Source: Octopus bimaculoides (Eukaryota). Taken from it: DNA of 57,914 nucleotides. Below the pieces are notes generated by a model, which saw nothing but the letters and a program-made list of their open reading frames with translations, did no database searches and was not told the origin of the DNA. Each line of letters starts with the position of its first letter. Positions within the stretch are counted from its first letter, which is position 1. The translations under genes and the position numbers were made by a program. Location of the stretch: the NCBI RefSeq assembly GCF_001194135.2, contig NC_068987.1:75627191-75685104 (forward strand). The letters are read 5' to 3'. This document shows, piece by piece, positions 1-12,166 of this stretch.

Positions 1-44
<44 letters not shown>
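1..44. repeat. (TA)n microsatellite
   Basis: Direct reading. Confidence 0.95.
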
Positions 45-47
<3 letters not shown>

Positions 48-746
48 ATAGAGATTGTCTGTAACTATAAAACAAAAGAAATATGAATACTTGGGAAGGC
101 ATCTTTTGAGAAAACGTATAAAATTCTAAAAATGTTTTGCTTATTTTCCTTATTCTACTTTTGCAATGAATTTATAGCATATTTGCTATATGCTATTTTT
201 GTTTTATTTTTATGCCAACTTTCAGTGCTGATTTAAACTTCATACATGACAAAATATACAAACAGCTGACATACCTATTCAGTTAAGATTTCCTGCTTAA
301 CAACATAAACACAAGATGATATTTTTCCAGAACACATTGCGTTTACCACGAATTTGCAAAAATGACCGAATGGTTTCAAGCGGATCTCTTCAATATTACC
401 TGGCAAATATCTTGTCTAAATGTCATCTATTGTGTTTCGGCGATGCCACGAACCTTATGGGCGAAATTAAGTAGTCAGACACTGCTGAACAAATCGGGCT
501 CTACATGTACTTGATTGATCAACAACAATTGACTTACATCAACTATTCTTTTCTAATTCAATACAAATAGACTGCATCCCATCTAACAGCTGATGGCATG
601 CAGTCTATGATCATAATATGCATGCATATGTATGTCCAGGGATAACATAAGCAATTATACCAGCAGTATAACGGATACTTTTTATCCCTTAGTCTGTTAT
701 TCCAACCTCTAACTCTACTAATATATATATATATATATATATGAAT

Positions 747-819
747 ACACACACACAAACACACGCACGCACACACATACACACACAAACACACAGGCAC
801 ACACACACACAGACACACA

Positions 820-888
<69 letters not shown>
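747..888. repeat. (CA)n microsatellite
   Basis: Direct reading; explains ORFs 558-890 and 689-886. Confidence 0.95.
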
Positions 889-890
<2 letters not shown>

Positions 891-1126
891 GAGATTATAT
901 AAATGATAAAGTAACCATAGATTATGTAATGAGTTTCATTTGCTTACAGGTGTCTCTACCGTACTTAATGTCGTTCATTACGTAATTGATTGTTCCTTTG
1001 TTAGTTTATCATCTCTGTACTCGGCAAAAGGCTTTTCTCTGGAGCTAAGTATATTGATTTCTAAAACACGGTTACCAGTCTCGCTATACCTAAGCGAAAT
1101 ATTATGTGTGTATGTCTGAGGGTGTC

Positions 1127-1160
<34 letters not shown>

Positions 1161-1361
1161 TGTGTGTGTGTGTGTGGGGGGGATATAGTAAGATTTTGAT
1201 AAGGCGAAGTGGCTGTGCCGTATGGTTTGGAAGTTCGATTCGCTTGAATATAATTGTGAGTTTAACGTCAGTACACAGCACTTTGAATAATTATCTTCTA
1301 TTACAACCTCGGTTCTACCTATAAACCATAATATGGTATACAGAAAGTTATGCGAAAACTC

Positions 1362-1690
1362 TTAAGATGAAGTATACCTGCTGTTCAAAGAGCCGATCTT
1401 GTGATACTCATTTTGAAATGATAAACTGCTTTGATGATCAATGTTACTATCATCACGGATTGTCTTCTGCTCATAAAGACTCATCCTTTCCTCTGCTGAT
1501 ACATTGCAGTAGAGTCGTGCAACTTCTTTGGACATGTATTCTAGGTTATCAGACAAAGAGTATTGCTCAAGGCGCTGCCTTCCAAGTCTTATGATATCAA
1601 CCTCATGTATGCAAACTTGGTCAAGGGATGCACGTCGACACTTGATGGTTAAAAGATGTTGTTGAAGGGATATGATGCGACATTACGTTA
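1362..1690 (-). mobile_element. Internal fragment of R4/Dong-like non-LTR retrotransposon (region between RT thumb and zinc knuckle)
   Basis: ORF 1362-1556 (SDNLEYMSKEVARLY...DDSNIDHQSSLS) is near-identical in peptide and DNA to 5880-6160 and 17150-17316. Confidence 0.85.
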
Positions 1691-1854
1691 CGCATTGATG
1701 AGGTTTACATCATACATTCCTGAGGTATTATATCATATATTACGTCATATACATCTTTGTATTACGTCATTCGCTGTTTAGGATTATTTCCCATCGACAT
1801 AGACTTTAACAGAATGAGTAGTTAATATCAATGATTGAAGAGCTTGGACAGACA

Positions 1855-1950
1855 TAATAGAAATTGACGTGAAATGCATTAATTACATATAAAAAGCGAG
1901 TTATAACACGTATATTCACAGTACAATGTTGAACATAAATAACACTTCCA
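1855..1950. repeat. Unclassified dispersed repeat fragment
   Basis: GAAATGCATTAATT.CATATAAAAA.CGAGTTATAACACGTA also occurs at about 3005-3097. Confidence 0.7.
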
Positions 1951-2299
1951 TTGAAAAAACGTTTTTATAATTTTATTATTTCTCTCTTTTGAAATTGTAT
2001 TTGCATTTCACACACAAGCATAAAAAGATCAAAAGACTGAAATGTAAAGCTGTAAATTAAACTGCTGCATGAAATATCAGATTATATCGATATTTACACA
2101 TTAAAATGCATATTTAATCCACGAAACAAAGAATAATGAGCAATATATTGTAAGCACTTTACAAACTTAGGTATATCTGTTAAGCAGTTCAATTCCACTA
2201 AACAGCATTTTGGATAAGTATGCTCTACTGCAGCTTCGAGTACTTCAACGTCTCGTGAATGGAACTTGCTAGACGGAAACTCTGTAGAAATCTGTCATG

Positions 2300-2500
2300 G
2301 ACGACGGGGAGCTGAAAAATTACTGGATTTGGGTAAAAGAAAATACAGGAGAATCAATTATGATTTTATTCAAAATATTCTCCTCTTACCTCTCGGATTC
2401 ACACACTTCAGTTTTTCTAAGCCCTGTAAAAAAACTCGGAAGGTTTGGCCTCCAGCCAGGCATTTTGCGATGGCTTTGAATTTTTCAGTACCCCCTTGTA
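2300..2500. mobile_element. About 200-bp Tc1/mariner-type MITE
   Basis: Left end ACGACGGGGAGCTGAAAAAT and right end ATTTTTCAGTACCCCCTTGTA are imperfect TIRs. The body matches 4226-4416. Confidence 0.7.
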
Positions 2501-3228
2501 TGTATGCGTGTATGTGTGTGAGTGTACATTTTCGTGTTTTTCTCGTCCTCTGGTTAACGTTTAGATGCAATGGGTTCTTGTAAACCCTAGTATTTTCTAA
2601 GTTCGTTAGAGTTTCATAAGCGATCTCTCCTTATTTTTGCATTGGATTCAATCCCAGCGCTTCCCAACAACCTTAATATTGATTTGACACCAGTAAGTTG
2701 GAATGGGAGATCATTTTAAAGAGAAATTGGAACTCATAAGGCAGATAGCCAGAGCATATAGCGCAAAGTTTCTAGCCTGAAATTCTAAAAAATTCCCCAG
2801 TTCCTAAATTATTTATTGCTTTTATCGACTGCGGGAAAAAGATAAAGGGCAAAGTGGATGTTGATAGAATCTGAACTCATCGAACAGAGCCGGAAAAAAT
2901 AACTGAAGATATTCTATGCGAATGTCTAACAACACTGCCAATTTATCTTCATATATGCATGCATAAATAAATCATAATACATACATACATACATACATAC
3001 ATACATAGAAATTGGCATGAAATGCATTAATTGCATATAAAAAACGAGTTATAACACGTACTTTCACAGTGCAACGGTGAACATAAAGACCACTTGCAGA
3101 AATCCGACTCAGTTTGCTCCGTATTACAATAAATTGATGTACCAGGTCCTATCAGGCGTGGAATCGCACTCATTAGAAGTTGTGGGACTTTGGTTAACTT
3201 TAAAATCTTGAAAATTTTGACAGCCACA

Positions 3229-3634
3229 GCAGGAGTGGCTGTGTGGTAAGTAGCTTGCTTACCAGCCACATGGTTCCGGGTTCATTCCCACTGCGTGGCA
3301 CCTTCGGCAAGTGTCTTCTACTATAGCCTCGGGCCGACCAAAGCCTTGTGAGTAGATTTTGTAGACGGAAACTGAAAGAAGCCCGTCGTATATATGTATA
3401 TATATATATGTATGTATGTATGTGTATATGTTTATATGTCTGTGATTGATCCCCCCAACATCGGCTGACAAGCGATGCTGGTGTGTTTATGTGCCCGTAA
3501 CTTAGCGGTTCGGCAAAACAGACCGATAGAATAAGTACTAGGCATCCAAGTCCTGGGGTCGATTTGCTCGACTAAAGGCGGTGCTCCAGCATGGCTGTAG
3601 TCAAATGACTGAAACAAGTAAAAGAGTAAAAGAG
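3229..3634 (+). mobile_element. tRNA-derived SINE family A, full length
   Basis: A box TGGCTGTGTGG, B-box-like GGTTCATTCCC, internal TA/TG tract and AAAAGAG-repeat tail; many copies in the window. Confidence 0.9.
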
Positions 3635-3639
3635 GAATC

Positions 3640-5027
3640 TACTCATGTGGGATACTATGAGAAGCATTGTAGTTGTCCAGCTATACTACGGTTAAGTTCA
3701 TGCGGCTTTTTTCTATTTCTTCCTGGAACATTTTGTTAATTAGTAGCTGCTGCATGCATTCCCAGAACACCTTCTTTCCTCCAGCATGATCAGGTGCTAT
3801 AATGCTGGTGGCACCATGATCCTTCAAGAACAGATTGATGTACCCGGTGTATAATTTGTACATGATGTTATGATAGGCTATTGGGCGGTAATTTTTAGCA
3901 ATGGTGGTTTGGCTATTTTGGGTGACAAGGAAATTAATTGTAGTTGATAACTATAGGGGAAGTTCTTGTGTATCATTGATACTTTCTCCATGAAGCCGTT
4001 TGAGATCTCACCGATTAAAGGTCAGAGCTTGGGAATTTTCTGTTTAACATTTTCTGTAGAACTGTTTCCAGTATTTCGCCATCTAATTCATATTACTTTT
4101 TTTTACTACTCGTTTGCTAGATATCCTGGTAGTAACCTTGCTCCAGTTATTTTAGCCACACAGCTTGTTCATTGAATTCATCATTTGTTTCTCATACAGA
4201 TCTTCAGTATACCTTAAACTGATCTTACGAAGAGGTACTGGAAAATTCCTGGCTTTGGGTAACAAAAAATACAAGAGGATCAGTTTATTATGATTTTATC
4301 CAACATATTCTATTCTCAGATTTATACCTTTATTGCAGCGGTCCTTCAATTTTTCTAAGCCCTGTAAAAGAACACGGAAGTTAGGCTTCAACCAGGCCTT
4401 TCAGCATCCCCTTATATGTGAGGATGTCTTTTACAGAGATTAAAGCTGCGATAAACTGACTTGGGATATCTGGCAAATAATTTTTCGAGCATTTGTCGCT
4501 TATATGTTGTACATTTATATTTTAGTTTTACTGCAGTAGTTGTAAGGTGTTTCAACTGGCGCTGTTTGAAGTTTAGGTTTTTGAATCCTGTATCACCAAA
4601 ATGCCTCTAGTTTTTTTTTTCTGAGGTTTTCCTGATATCGTGTGAAGTTGTCTCAGTGTTACATTTCATAGATACAATGACCTGTGAGGTACTTTTTCGC
4701 ATGAATAAAATTTACTTCTTTGAGTTACATACCCATGCTGGTTCAAGCTTTCTGCTCTACCTCTTTACGATACACTAGTAAAATAATAGTTGAGACGAAT
4801 ATCAAAAGATAAATGGTTTAGTATGTTGTTTTTATACCTCTCGACTGTGTGGTCTTCAGATATTCGTTTGCTCTTTCGTTTACTGCCTCTAATTCTAATT
4901 TACTGGGTCCTTTACTTATACTGATATTATATGGTTTATAACTCAAATTAAGGTCGTCGTTGATCTGTTGAAACATATCACCCCAAATCACTTGTAAGGC
5001 GTTCACAAATTTTTGACGTTCTTCTGT
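3640..5027 (-). mobile_element. R4/Dong-like LINE, N-terminal and RT-start fragment, interrupted by a mariner-type MITE
   Basis: Minus strand gives KNYRPIA..NIMYKLYT, AGGKKVFWECMQQLLINK and a decayed LDNYNASHSIPH, matching the intact LDYKKAFDSVPH of ORF 26263. ORF 4818-5063 abuts (TATG)n. Assignment of the 4420-5027 part is less certain. Confidence 0.75.
4226..4416. mobile_element. About 190-bp Tc1/mariner-type MITE inserted in the R4-like LINE
   Basis: TACGAAGAGGTACTGGAAAATTCC ... TTTCAGCATCCCCTTATA with TA ends; homologous to 2300-2500. Confidence 0.7.
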
Positions 5028-5060
5028 TATGTATGTATGTATGTATGTATGTATGTATAT

Positions 5061-6238
5061 CATTATTCAATTTTATTTCAAAATTTCTTGCTAGTAAAGA
5101 AAGAGCCCGTTTCAAACATAGAGCCAATGCTCCTTCCTGTGAATTTCAACATCAACAACAGGTTATTTTTGCATGTGCCTGTACACGTGCAGATTTGTAT
5201 GCTTTGTTTTATGTATATATTCTCATGTATATATTCTCATGCATATCTAGATATGCTCATATATATTTAAATGATAATCTTCTGGAAAGTTTTACAAATT
5301 CTTACAGTTCCAGTGATGGTTTGGATCTGTAGTTTTCGAATTAGCTTTCTCCTTTCTGGTTTTGAGAAGCCTAATTTCTCAATAGTTCAGCGTAGGTATT
5401 CCCTTTTTCTTTGATTTTCAGCTTTATGTTAACATCCGCTGGGCAGGTAATTTCCACAACTCTGCATATCTTCTCTTCTGTATCCCACATCATTATATCA
5501 GGTCGGTTGTTCTTACATTTTATTGAGGTCTTCACTGGTACATTCCATCAGTATTCCTTTTTATTATGAGTGGCTATGACTTCTACTATATTGTGAGTTC
5601 TTATTTCTTTGTCCTTGGGATTATCCTTTCAATGGATTTCATTATATATGCCCTAGCTACAATATATCTCGCCGGTAGATAATACTGTGATGGCATTTTC
5701 GGACAGCTGCTTATGATGTGGGTGATATCTTCAGTGTGAATTCCACAAAGCCTGCATCGGTTGTCACATTTTACGGCTTTTCCTGTATCTCTATCCCTTT
5801 TGTGCATCAAGTACTTGGTTGATATTTCCTGTTCCTGAATTGCAAACGCATACCCTTCAAAGTGAGAGGTACTAATCCGGCTATTCATCCCGGATAAACT
5901 GCTTTGATGATCGATGTTACTATCATCCCGGATAGTCTTCTGTTCATATAGGCTCATCTTTTCATCTGCTGATATATTGCTGTAGAGTCGTGCATCTTCC
6001 TTTGGGCATATAGTCTAGGTTATCAGAGAAAAAGTATTGCTCAAGGCGCTGCCTTCCATGTCTTATGATGTTATCAACCTCATGTATGCAAACTTGGTCA
6101 AGGGATGCACCTCGACACTCGGTGGTTAAAAGATGTTGCCGAAGGGATATGATGTGACATTCAAAGGCATTTTGGATCAATGCTAAGCCTCTGCCGCCTT
6201 GTTTTCGTTTTAGGTAGAGACGGTCTACGTTACTGTTT
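5061..6238 (-). mobile_element. 5'-truncated R4/Dong-like LINE (thumb, CCHC knuckle, RLE endonuclease, 3' UTR), frameshifted
   Basis: VDRLYLKRKQGGRGL near 6175-6230; CRLCGIHTEDITHIISSC in ORF 5601-5957; RPD and VEITCPADVN near 5430-5510. The 3' UTR matches 16237-16440. Confidence 0.9.
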
Positions 6239-6250
6239 ATGTATGTATGT

Positions 6251-6326
6251 TATTATTCAGTTTATTTCAAGATTTCTTGCCAATAGAGAAAGAACCGGTT
6301 TCTAACCTTGATCCAAAGTTCCTTCA
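6251..6326 (-). mobile_element. 3' terminus only of another R4/Dong-like LINE copy
   Basis: TTATTCAGTTTATTTCAAGATTTCTTGCCAATAGAGAAAGAACCGGTTTCTAACC matches the termini at 5061 and 16237. Confidence 0.85.
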
Positions 6327-6366
<40 letters not shown>

Positions 6367-7744
6367 TTTGAATGGAACAACTTTTGTGCGAGAGTTTTAT
6401 TCATTTATCTGAAACGAAATCTTCACTACGCTGCTCCTCCGAGTTTCCTCTTCTCTGATACCTCTTCAGGTTTGTGAAAAGGTGTAAAAAAACGGGAACA
6501 TGANNNNNNNNNNNNNNNNNNNNNNNNNNNNNNNNNNNNNNNNNNNNNNNNNNNNNNNNNNNNNNNNNNNNNNNNNNNNNNNNNNNNNNNNNNNNNNNNN
6601 NNNNNNNNNNNNNNNNNNNNNNNNNNNNNNNNNNNNNNNNNNNNNNNNNNNNNNNNNNNNNNNNNNNNNNNNNNNNNNNNNNNNNNNNNNNNNNNNNNNN
6701 NNNNNNNNNNNNNNNNNNNNNNNNNNNNNNNNNNNNNNNNNNNNNNNNNNNNNNNNNNNNNNNNNNNNNNNNNNNNNNNNNNNNNNNNNNNNNNNNNNNN
6801 NNNNNNNNNNNNNNNNNNNNNNNNNNNNNNNNNNNNNNNNNNNNNNNNNNNNNNNNNNNNNNNNNNNNNNNNNNNNNNNNNNNNNNNNNNNNNNNNNNNN
6901 NNNNNNNNNNNNNNNNNNNNNNNNNNNNNNNNNNNNNNNNNNNNNNNNNNNNNNNNNNNNNNNNNNNNNNNNNNNNNNNNNNNNNNNNNNNNNNNNNNNN
7001 NNNNNNNNNNNNNNNNNNNNNNNNNNNNNNNNNNNNNNNNNNNNNNNNNNNNNNNNNNNNCGCCATTTTACTTATTCATATGTCAATACATTCACTGACA
7101 GTGTGCATTAATAAGTAAAGTAAAATACACAGGCAGCATGTTTCCACTTCGTTCTTATTAATTAATACAGTGTCTATTCACACATCGAGTCTAAATGTAC
7201 GTTAACTAAATATATGTACGTGAGCTTATTCAGATGCAGTCATCGCTTTAGGTAGTAATCCAAACTGTCTGTGAATTTTCTGCCATGCAAATAAATATAA
7301 TCAGCGTCTGAATATAGTTTAGTTTCTCTTAAACTTTCATACCCAGAAGAAATACTCATATGTTTAAGATTTCGTAAATGAAGGGCATAAAGTATTGTCT
7401 CTGCGAAAGACTTCTACAATGAGTGAAGAATGGGGACATAGCTGGACAAATCAGTGTAAAGGAGGTAACTCAGTTTAGGATTATAACCATTGGCAAGGAA
7501 GATTTCACTGCGGAGTTTATAAGATTTGGTTCTCACAATTTATTTCTTATGAGCAACTGTTCCAACCTTCGTAAATTTCTCCGATGCCTACAGTTGGACA
7601 AAATATTAATCCTTTTGTTGAGAATTGACTGCTTCAGTATCTTAGATTCTTCAGTTTTGTGAAGTCTGAAATTACAGAAGCTTATGGACAATGGGGTTAC
7701 TGTTGATAATATTTATAGCCATGAGTAGCGCATCTTTTTTGAGT

Positions 7745-7905
7745 GGGATGGGCTACTCAACTTGAAGAAACTTTTAACTGGGTCCTACCTGTTGGGTCAT
7801 GCGCTGTTTATATTGATATGAGATCACCTTGTTGCGCACATATGGTTGTGATGCATGTACCTGGTGTACACTTATCAGACGGGTATACTGGGCTTCGCAT
7901 ATTTT
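7745..7905 (+). repeat. Internal fragment of family D
   Basis: CATATGGTTGTGATGCATGTACCTGGTGTACACTTATCAGAC is the reverse complement of about 35020-35060. Confidence 0.8.
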
Positions 7906-10644
7906 CATACAAGGAAATATGGAAGTTTTAGGAACTCTACATCTGTGTAAAATTCTAAATTCTTATTACTAGAATTATCCAGTGATTTATTTCGCTTCTT
8001 TCCAAATGCATTTCAATAAATTATAGTTTTTGTGCCTTGTTAGAATTGGACAATTTCGAGTCTCATAATATTTCAAAATCTTCAATGCCTATTAATCAGA
8101 TCCTAATGGAATATCCAATTCTCATGAACGTATTTATATAAAATCTGTTTTTTTTTCTTTTGTTTACATGGTTTGAGTTCAGTCGGAGTCTATCATTTTT
8201 ATAAATTTCTTATCTGTTGATATGGATGATTGTGACGAGTCAACATTTTTCAGTCTTTTTCAATACTGGTAGAAGTGGATCTCCGTCAATTGACGATGTG
8301 GATTCAGTTATTCGATCAACTAAATTTACTTGCTCCTGGATTAAAATGCAAGTGACTGAACATTCGTTGCACACGTGCATCCTTAGATGTATTCTCATGC
8401 AGGATCAGCGCGACACAGTATGCGACAAAGCTGTAAGTTTGAATTACAGACGAATTTCTTTGCAGTTTCCGTCTACCAAATTTCACTCATAGAAAAGGAA
8501 TCAATCCGAGGCTGTAAAAAAGCTGACATTTACCCTAGATATTAAGCAATGGGATTAAACCAGGGCCTTTGTAGTTGTGAAACGAACTTTTTAAACATTC
8601 GGCTATACTTCACTGACAACACTATACTCACAATAATTTGTAAATATTCATGATAACTATTTGGCAGGATTTTATTAATTAATACAGTGTCTATTCACAC
8701 ATCGAGTCTAAATGTACGTTAACTAAATATATGTACGTGANNNNNNNNNNNNNNNNNNNNNNNNNNNNNNNNNNNNNNNNNNNNNNNNNNNNNNNNNNNN
8801 NNNNNNNNNNNNNNNNNNNNNNNNNNNNNNNNNNNNNNNNNNNNNNNNNNNNNNNNNNNNNNNNNNNNNNNNNNNNNNNNNNNNNNNNNNNNNNNNNNNN
8901 NNNNNNNNNNNNNNNNNNNNNNNNNNNNNNNNNNNNNNNNNNNNNNNNNNNNNNNNNNNNNNNNNNNNNNNNNNNNNNNNNNNNNNNNNNNNNNNNNNNN
9001 NNNNNNNNNNNNNNNNNNNNNNNNNNNNNNNNNNNNNNNNNNNNNNNNNNNNNNNNNNNNNNNNNNNNNNNNNNNNNNNNNNNNNNNNNNNNNNNNNNNN
9101 NNNNNNNNNNNNNNNNNNNNNNNNNNNNNNNNNNNNNNNNNNNNNNNNNNNNNNNNNNNNNNNNNNNNNNNNNNNNNNNNNNNNNNNNNNNNNNNNNNNN
9201 NNNNNNNNNNNNNNNNNNNNNNNNNNNNNNNNNNNNNNNNNNNNNNNNNNNNNNNNNNNNNNNNNNNNNNNNNNNNNNNNNNNNNNNNNNNNNNNNNNNN
9301 NNNNNNNNNNNNNNNNNNNNNNNNNNNNNNNNNNNNNNNNNNNNNNNNNNNNNNNNNNNNCTATACTCACAATAATTTGTAAATATTCATGATAACTATT
9401 TGGCAGGATTTTGGTAGCTGTATAAGCATAAATTGATTGCAGTTACCGTGTATATTTTAAAAAGATTAATTTTCAACTTTGATATGATATGTGACAATTT
9501 TGTCGTATTGTTGGCTTCAGATGTGTCGGAGTTGAAAATATTTCGTTACAGCAAATTCGTCAGAAGTTTTCGGAATTTCTAATTTTCCTGACATCAAATA
9601 TATCAGAATCGATAATTTTGACCATAGAACTTCTACTAGAAATTATAATTATCAAGTTCTTTGATGTGTAAATATTCTCAACTTTCAATACACCGGAAGT
9701 ATGTAAATTTTATAAATTTTCAACACAAGATATCTCAGAATTTCAGAGAAATTCTAATTTTCACGGCCCTGGGATATGTCGGAACTAACCTCTTTTGGCT
9801 CACCAATCAGAATTGATATTCACACTGCAAACTTTTCAATTTTCATATAAAACCACCGTTTGAAATTTTAAAATGTCTCAAAATATCTGTCGTTATGGCT
9901 CAGGGCATTCTGGAATAGATTATTTTAATCACATCGAACCGAAAAAAATTCTTTCACATGTAAACATAATCGATATCTAGGACCCTGCCGTTTTAGTACG
10001 TATCTATAAACATTATGAAAGCTGTTGTAAACAATTCCCAGTTTTATGCCTCTTCCCTCTCGAAATTGTTCGTCTGTTAGATTTGATCATTTTAACACTT
10101 TGTTTAGCATATGCAAAGGATTAATTATCGTAACCCAATGAATTCTGAAACGCAAATCTTTACAATTTCAAATTTTCTTGACCCGATATCTATCGTGATT
10201 GATTGATTTGGCTTTAGGGCGCCTTTGAGAAAGAAGTTATATCTAAAACCTAAGAGAGTTTGTAGATACCAACAGGTTTAGAATATTTAATTCATTTAAT
10301 TTTCTGGGCCCTGTTTACGCTAGATTTGCTATTTACAATTTTCTACATTTATACTCGATTTTCGAAAGAGATTCATATGTCAAGTTATAGGAGAATTTCA
10401 AGATTTCATGATACTGGACCTGGATTAAGATTAGTCATTCTTCATGTTATGTTTTCTTTTCTTCATCTCCACCCTTGCTTGATTTTATCCTCTTTTTTGG
10501 GGTCAGTATTATGATGCGAAATGTGTTAATTTTATATGTAGTTCTTTAGACTAATTGATTAGAAACAACATTGTTGGAGTCATTTGTAAGATGTGTGTGC
10601 GTGTGTGGGCGTGTGTATATATGAATACACACACATCTATCATT

Positions 10645-10950
10645 GTTTATCATCATCACCATTTAACGTCCGTTTTCCATGCTGGCATGAGTTGAACTGT
10701 TCGACAGGCGCTGGCAAGCTAGAGGACTATGCCAGGCTCTAATGTTTGCTTTGGGACGTTTTCTACAGCTGGATGCTTTTTGTGTGGCATTAGCGTCTGT
10801 GAGATGACCAAATAACTTGTAAATACACGTCCTCAATTGAGTGTGGGGGAGTAGTGTTAAGAGATGTGGCTTTCTGCGTGGTGATGAAAGATTAGAGTAT
10901 AAATGAAGGCAGAAATATGTGACTTCTAGCGGAGGAGACACACGGTAACT
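10645..10950 (-). mobile_element. SINE-like repeat with (GAT)n tail and V-domain-like segment
   Basis: CATCATCACCATTTAACGTCCGTTTTCCATGCTGGCATG and TTTCTACAGCTGGATGC are recognised from memory as a common SINE 3' region; single copy in this window. Confidence 0.55.
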
Positions 10951-10955
10951 CCAGT

Positions 10956-11130
<175 letters not shown>

Positions 11131-11644
11131 AGAGAGAGGAAAGAGAGAAAATGGTGACGTTACGGGGCATACACTAGAATTACTGTTAGATGTATATAAG
11201 TGAGGGGGAACTAAAGATTAGGGTGAGCAGGTGAGTAAGTTCGCAATGTTGCCAAGGAAGAGAAGGAGTTGGTGAGGAGGGGGCATGTCATCTGGCTGTT
11301 TCTGCTCTGACGAAGCCGGATGATTTATCTCCCAATTAGCGATATAAAGAAGAGTGCTTATATGCATCGAAAGCCAATATGAGAGTTTCTCTCATGGCAA
11401 CCATCGCAGCATTTTGTGTTGTAACACAACAATCCACTTGTAAATAGTGATAAGTATTATCTTTTGATATTAATTAACGCCGCTTCTATTGCTAATATAT
11501 ATAGTTATGGTAATATATTTTGTTAAGAACGTAGTAGAGTACAGTATAAAGATCGTCAACCTTCAGATTTCACCCTGCTCTATCCAGTAGCAGTATTAAA
11601 CGTACTCCCAAGTTTGAGTTTGGGCTTCTGTGGTGTGTGAATAG

Positions 11645-11726
11645 ATAACTGAAAAAAATTGGAGTCAACAAGAAGGAGTACGGTCGTCCAACCGTACTCC
11701 TTCTTGTTGACTCCAACTTTTTCAGT

Positions 11727-11729
<3 letters not shown>
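11645..11729. repeat. 85-bp near-perfect hairpin (about 40-bp arms, 6-nt loop)
   Basis: TTGGAGTCAACAAGAAGGAGTACGGT-cgtcca-ACCGTACTCCTTCTTGTTGACTCCAA plus ATAACTGAAAAA/TTTTTCAGTTAT. Confidence 0.9.
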
Positions 11730-11757
<28 letters not shown>

Positions 11758-11918
11758 TTCCAGGGTTTCAAATTTGTATATTTAAAAAGGATAGAGACTT
11801 TCAACACGATCGATTTTCCATTTATTTAATTATTTACCATTCGTTGTCAACATTTCTGTGCTCAACTCTATCCAACGACTGATCCGCTGGATGTCTGACG
11901 TTTGGCACTTCCTCAGGA

Positions 11919-12166
11919 ATGGTTTCCATTAGAACAAATGACCAAAAAACACAATTATCGATCAGAACAGATTATTAGAAATTATTTAACTATACCGTTC
12001 TTTCCGCCATGCTGTCTTGATTATATTTTGATTATGATATACGTATATCATAATCAAAATATAATCAAGACAGCATGGCGGAAAGAACGGTATAGTTAAA
12101 TAATTTCTAATAATCTGTTCTGATCGATAATTGTGTTTTTTGGTCATTTGTTCCAATGGAAACCAT
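11919..12166. repeat. 248-bp palindrome (124-bp arms, no spacer, one mismatch)
   Basis: Centre TGATATAC|GTATATCA at 12042/12043; right arm abuts an N gap. Confidence 0.9.
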
